Shown here in pieces: positions 39,401 through 44,100 of a stretch of 64,000 nt of DNA. Source of the DNA: Ruegeria sp. 2205SS24-7 (GTDB lineage Bacteria > Pseudomonadota > Alphaproteobacteria > Rhodobacterales > Rhodobacteraceae); NCBI RefSeq assembly GCF_030758345.1, contig NZ_JAVAMO010000007.1, positions 137,127 through 201,126 on the forward strand, given 5' to 3'. The position numbers and the translations under genes were made by a program. Numbering within the stretch: position 1 is the first letter of the stretch; every line of letters begins with the position of its first letter. The notes beneath the pieces are model-generated. The model ran no database searches and was not told the DNA's origin. It saw only the letters and a program-made list of their open reading frames with translations.

Positions 39401-41124
39401 TGCCGCTGCTGCCCTCCGGCAAGATCGACCGGCGCGCGCTCGCGCAGATGGCCCTGCCGGAACCGGCGCAATTGGAAAAACCCACGCGCGAGGGCGCCTA
39501 TAATGCGGCCGAGGCCGAGATCGCGACCGTATTCGCCGACCTGCTCAAACTGAAATCCATCGACCCCGAAAGCAGCTTCTTCAACCTGGGCGGGCAGAGC
39601 CTCATGGCGGCGCAGGCCGTGCGACAACTGCGTGACAGGCTGGGTGTCGGGATCGATCTGGGTGATATTTTCGCGGCTCCGACGGTACGCTCGCTTGCCG
39701 AAACCCTGCAGACGCGCGCTCAGGCAGACTGGCCGCCGCTGGTCGCCTCGAAAGATGCCGATGCGTGTCCTCTGGCCCATGCGCAGCGCCGCATCTGGGC
39801 GGCGGAACAACTGTCGAGAGTACCCGGGGCCTACATCATCCACGCCGCGATGGAGATCAAGGGCAGGTTACGGGTCCGCGCACTCAAGAGCGCGTTTGAT
39901 CAGGTTATCGCCCGGCATGGTGCGCTCAGGACAGCTTTTGTGACCGGCATCGACGGGCCGCGCCAGATCGTTCATGACGCAGTGCCCTTCAAGCTTGGGC
40001 GGGATCGCGCCCGGGATGCTCGCGAAATTTCCAAGCTTCTGGACCATGACGCCTCCCACCCCTTCGATCTGTCCCAAGCACCGCTCTTGCGGGCACGCCT
40101 TATCGATACCGGCAAGTCGGTTTCCATCCTGTCAATGGCGCTGCACCATACCGTCGCGGATGGCCGGTCGCTCGAACTCTTCATGCGCGATCTTGAAACA
40201 GCCTATCAGGCCGCAGCCGCAAAGCGCGAATGCCCGCTGCCCGCGCCGCCCCTTCAATTCACGGACTTCGCCAAGTGGGAAAGCCAGGTTCTGGAGGCGC
40301 CGTCGATGCAGCAAGACCGCGACTTCTGGCGTACCGCCCTGTCCGATCTCCCGGCCCCGTTCGACCTGCCCATCGGTGCACCGCGTCCAAAGCGGATAGA
40401 GATGGAGGGCGCGACCATCCGCGCGCATCTGGACGCCGATTGCGCCGCGGCGCTTCGCGCATTTTCCGCTGCAGAGTCGAGCACGCTGTTTTCCGTATTT
40501 CTGGCCGCGGTGACCGCGATGGTGCATCGGCTGACCGGTCGCGAAGACATGGTCATCGGCACCGTTACGGAAAACCGCAACCTGGCGGCGCTCGACGGAA
40601 TGATCGGCTGTTTCGTCAATGTCCTGCCCCTGCGGATGACTCTGGCGCAGGACATCACGGTCGCCGGGCTGGTGCGCGAGGCGCGCGAGGTTGCGGCCCG
40701 GTCGCTGCGTCACGGTCATGTTCCCTTTGAAGAGATCGTCCGCCTGTCTCAGGCCCCCGCGACGCCCGACCGATCGCCGCTCTTCGACATTGCGGTGACT
40801 TGGAACGACCTGGATCACACCGCGCGGAGGGACTTTGCCGGACTGCCCCTCACCGATGTCAGCCCGACGCCCGGCTTTGCCAAATACGACATGCTGATCG
40901 TCTTCTCGCCCAATGCCGAGGGCGGCATCGATTGCGCCATCGAGCACCGCCGGGACCTCTACAGCCCTGAGAGTATCGAAGAAATGTGGAACTGGCTGAG
41001 TCAGATTCTGGCCGAAATGGTATCGGCGCCCGATCTTGCAATCATTGATCTGGAATTTGGCGCAGAGGACAGCGCCAGCTTCGAACCCGACACCACCGAC
41101 ATCGTGAGCATACTGGATATCTGA
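18475..41124 (+). CDS. Giant hybrid PKS-NRPS (7549 aa). Domain order: KS-AT-cMT-ACP-AMT; C1-[degenerate A remnant]-PCP1; C2-[short A remnant]-PCP2; C3-A3-PCP3; C4-A4-PCP4; C5-PCP5 (no A); C6-A6-PCP6; C7.
   Basis: KS: [61 protein letters not shown]. cMT motif I: [28 protein letters not shown]. PLP aminotransferase: [25 protein letters not shown] and [16 protein letters not shown]. Seven C domains, six with HHxxxDG ([60 protein letters not shown]) and one variant [10 protein letters not shown]. Three full A domains with A3 FTSGSTGxPKG, A7 YRTGD, A8 GRxDxQ(L/V)K(I/L)RGxRIE and A10 GK(L/V/I)DR. Six PCPs: GGTSL, GGNSL, GGHSL x3, GGQSL. Confidence 0.9.
   Translation: [7549 protein letters not shown]
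21470..22340 (+). other. PKS C-methyltransferase (cMT) domain inside gene 2, between AT and ACP.
   Basis: SAM-binding motif I [16 protein letters not shown] at ~21844-21879. Post-I acidic residue region FTDISDGF. Motif II/III region [14 protein letters not shown] ... [11 protein letters not shown]. Confidence 0.75.
23020..24350 (+). other. PLP-dependent class-III aminotransferase (AMT) domain inside gene 2, of the MycA/ItuA type that converts beta-ketoacyl-ACP to beta-aminoacyl-ACP.
   Basis: Glutamate-1-semialdehyde aminotransferase-like motifs: [43 protein letters not shown], and the PLP-lysine context [11 protein letters not shown]. It is preceded by a Pro/Ala-rich ~100 aa linker (22690-22990). 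Confidence 0.8.
24799..24828 (+). other. Non-canonical active-site motif [10 protein letters not shown] (HPxxxDG) in condensation domain C1. The second, catalytic His of HHxxxDG is replaced by Pro.
   Basis: Codons gct cat ccg ctc atc tgt gac ggt tgg tcc at 24799-24828, in frame with the gene start at 18475. The other six C domains in the same protein keep HHxxxDG. Confidence 0.7.
25690..26650 (+). other. ~320 aa degenerate adenylation-domain remnant between C1 and PCP1. A3, A7, A8 and the A10 lysine are all absent.
   Basis: The region has A-subdomain-like spacing ([26 protein letters not shown] where an A10 ...LPxYMVP...GKxDR would sit). It contains no T/SSGSTGxPKG, no Y(R/K)TGD, no GRxDxQVKIRGxRIE and no GK.DR. 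The length is ~320 aa, against ~520 aa for the intact A domains of the same protein. Confidence 0.6.
28225..28480 (+). other. ~85 aa A-domain remnant between C2 and PCP2. An internal deletion has fused the A-domain N-terminus to an A5-A7-like stretch.
   Basis: [14 protein letters not shown], which is an A-domain start of the kind that follows a C domain, runs directly into [23 protein letters not shown]...[21 protein letters not shown]. That stretch resembles GELxIGGxGLARGY...[11 protein letters not shown]. PCP2 (FFALGGNSL) follows. Confidence 0.55.
36300..36452 (+). other. C5-to-PCP5 junction with no adenylation domain. A ~45 aa linker connects them directly.
   Basis: The C5 C-terminal region ...[41 protein letters not shown] is followed immediately by [58 protein letters not shown] (PCP5). 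Confidence 0.7.
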
Positions 41125-41130
41125 GACCAA

Positions 41131-44100
41131 ATGACTTCGCATCACCTTCAAACTGCCACGCCCGCCGGAACCAGCCGCTATACAACGCGCAGCTTCGAAG
41201 AGCATCGCCGCTTCTGGCAGGCCCGCGCGGATGAATTCGGCGTGCCGTTTCGCCTGTCCTGCCTGCTTGGCCTGAACGCTCTTGTGCCGGGCGAGGCCGC
41301 CCATGAGCTTGTGTTTTGCCCAGCGGCACAAGCCGTCCTCGCGCGGATTTCAAAAGGCGCTGCTCTGCCCCAGTTTGTGGTGACCACGGCGGCGCTCTCG
41401 CAAGCACTGTCGACCCATCTGGAAGAAGACAGGGTGGTCATGAGAACCCCCGGACTGATCGCGGGCGACGGCCTGCCCGACGGTCAGGATACCGTCGCGC
41501 TCGCGCTTCCCTCCAAGGTTGAGGGGACGGTACGGGACCATTTGTCGACCGCAAATACGCGCATAACGACAAGCTATAAGTACCAGAACTGGCCCGCTGA
41601 CGCGCTGCTCTCCAACGCCGCGCATCTGTCCAGCGATATTTTTCTGACCGCCCCGGGGCTTCATTTTCCGCCGCAGGGCACTGGTGACGCCGCCCTGCTG
41701 ATCGAGATCACGACCGGCACGGCAGTGAAACTGCGGCTTTCAAGCCCTGCGGGAACGCTGCCGGGAAGTTACCTGCGCGCGCTTGGGGCCCTGACCGAAC
41801 ATCTCATCCGTCAGTTTTCCGACACCTCGCTGGCTTTGGCCGATCTGAGCCTCATGCCGGACCACGAGGCCGCGCAACCCATTCTCAGGGGACCCGATCT
41901 GGACGGCAGCCCGGACGAAACGCTTGTCAGCCTGTTTTCGCAGGCGGTTGCCGATCATGGGCCGCGAACTGCGCTGGTGACGGGTGATGAAACCATCAGC
42001 TATGATGAACTGGCCAGGCGCGCAGGCGCAGTCCGGGCGTATCTGGCGGAGCAAGAGATCGCACCGGGCGCAGTCGTCGGCCTTTTTGTCGACCGGAACC
42101 CGCACTGGATTGCGGGGATGCTGGGCATCATGGCACATGGGGCGGTCTACCTGCCGCTCGATCCCGATCAACCCGAGTCACGGATAGCGGATATCCTCGA
42201 ACAAGCCTGCCCCCGAGCGCTGTTGACGGCCTGCGCAGCACCGCACCGCTGGACCGATGAGGCCGCGCAGATCAACGAGATCAGGCTTTCAATGCCCGAT
42301 CCTTTCGCTTCCAGGCCCGGACCGGAAGACCTCGCCTATCTTCTGTTCACCTCCGGCTCCACGGGCAAGCCGAAAGGCGTCAAGATCGCCCATCATGGCT
42401 TCACGGTGATGATCCGGGACCAGATCAAGCAACTCGAAATACGCCCCGCCGACAGCGTCGCGCAGATCGCTGCGGCAACCTTTGACGCCTCGCTGTCCGA
42501 GATTTTCATGGCGCTGGCGAGCGGCGCGCGGCTGGCGCTGCTTTCTGCCGAGACGCTGCGCGCGCCGGACCAGTTGCGCGAGAAGTTCGCGCAGCTTGAT
42601 GTCAACGTCGCGACCTTCACACCCCGCTTGCTCGAAGCTCTGAATGGCGCGCCCCTGCCTACGCTGCGCGCGCTTCTGACCGCCGGGGATGTGGCCGCAC
42701 CTGCCCTTATCCGGCCCTACGCAAAGGATTGCAGCGTCTTCAACGCCTATGGCCCCACGGAATGCTCGGTTTGCGCCTCCATGCACAAGGTGGACCCGAC
42801 CGCTGAGGGCCTTCAAACACTGCCCATCGGCAAACCGATCGCGGGCAGTGAGGTCCATGTCTGCGACCCGCTGGGCCGACCGCTGCCTCCGGGTCTGCCG
42901 GGAGAGATCGTGGTGACCGGTCCCGGCGTCGCGCGGGGCTATCTGGGCCGGAATCCGGACACCCCACCTTTCGGGCGCAACAAGACGTCCGGCGCGCGCA
43001 GCTACGCGACGGGGGATTTTGGCGTATACGACTCGAATGATGATCTGGTCTATCTCGGTCGCCGCGACGGGCAGATCAAGCTGCGCGGATACCGTGTGGA
43101 ACGGGGCGACATCGAGGCCGCTCTGACCGCTCATCCGTCGGTCGGGCAAGCCCATGTCAAAGCGCCCGGTGAGGGCGAGCCGCTGCTCGCCTATGCCACC
43201 CGCCGGTACGCCATGGAAATCTGGCCGTCGATTGCCGAGTTCTTTGTCTACGACACGCTGGCCTATGGCGCGATGGCAGGCGACACGCGGCGGAACGACA
43301 GCTACCGCGCCGCAATGGAGCGGCAGGTTGACGGCAAGGTGGTGCTTGAAATCGGCCCGGGGGCCGAGGCGGTTCTGACCCGCATGTGCGTCGAGGCGGG
43401 CGCACGCAAGGTCTACTCGGTCGAAATCAGCCCCGAGACGGCGGAGCGCGCACGCGCGCGCATCGCGGCAGCAGGGATGCAGGACAGGGTCGAGATCATC
43501 ACCGGCGACATCATGAGCGTCGAACTGCCCGAACCCGCCGACATCCTTGTTGCCGAGATCGTGGGCGGCATCGGCGGGTCCGAGGCTGCCGCCTATCTCA
43601 TCAATCACGCCCACGGCCTCATGCGCACGCCGGAATGTCAGATTCCCACGCAAAGCGTGACAAGACTGGCGGGCGTCGATCTGAGCGGGGTGACCGAAAA
43701 TGCGGGCTTCGCCCCCGCCGCAGCCCCTTATGTCGACAGCATATTCAAGCAGGTGGGCCGCCCGTTCGATTTGCGGCTGTGCCTGAAAAACCTCCCCCCC
43801 GATCGGCTGTTGACCGGCCATGACGTGCTTGAGGATCTCGACTTTCGCGCACCCATGGCGCTGGAGAACCGCCACGCGATCCGCCTGCCCGTCACAGCAT
43901 CAGGCCGTATCGACGGCCTGCTCGCATGGCTTCATCTGGTGGTCGATGCGGAACACCCAGAGGAAGCGGTTGACATTCTCGACAACCCGTCAAGCTGGCT
44001 GCCGGTGATCCTGCCGCTCGATACGCCACTGGTGGGGCTGGCGCCCGGTGACGTTCTCGAAGGAACCGTCACGCGCACCCTCTCCGCCAACGGGCGCAAT

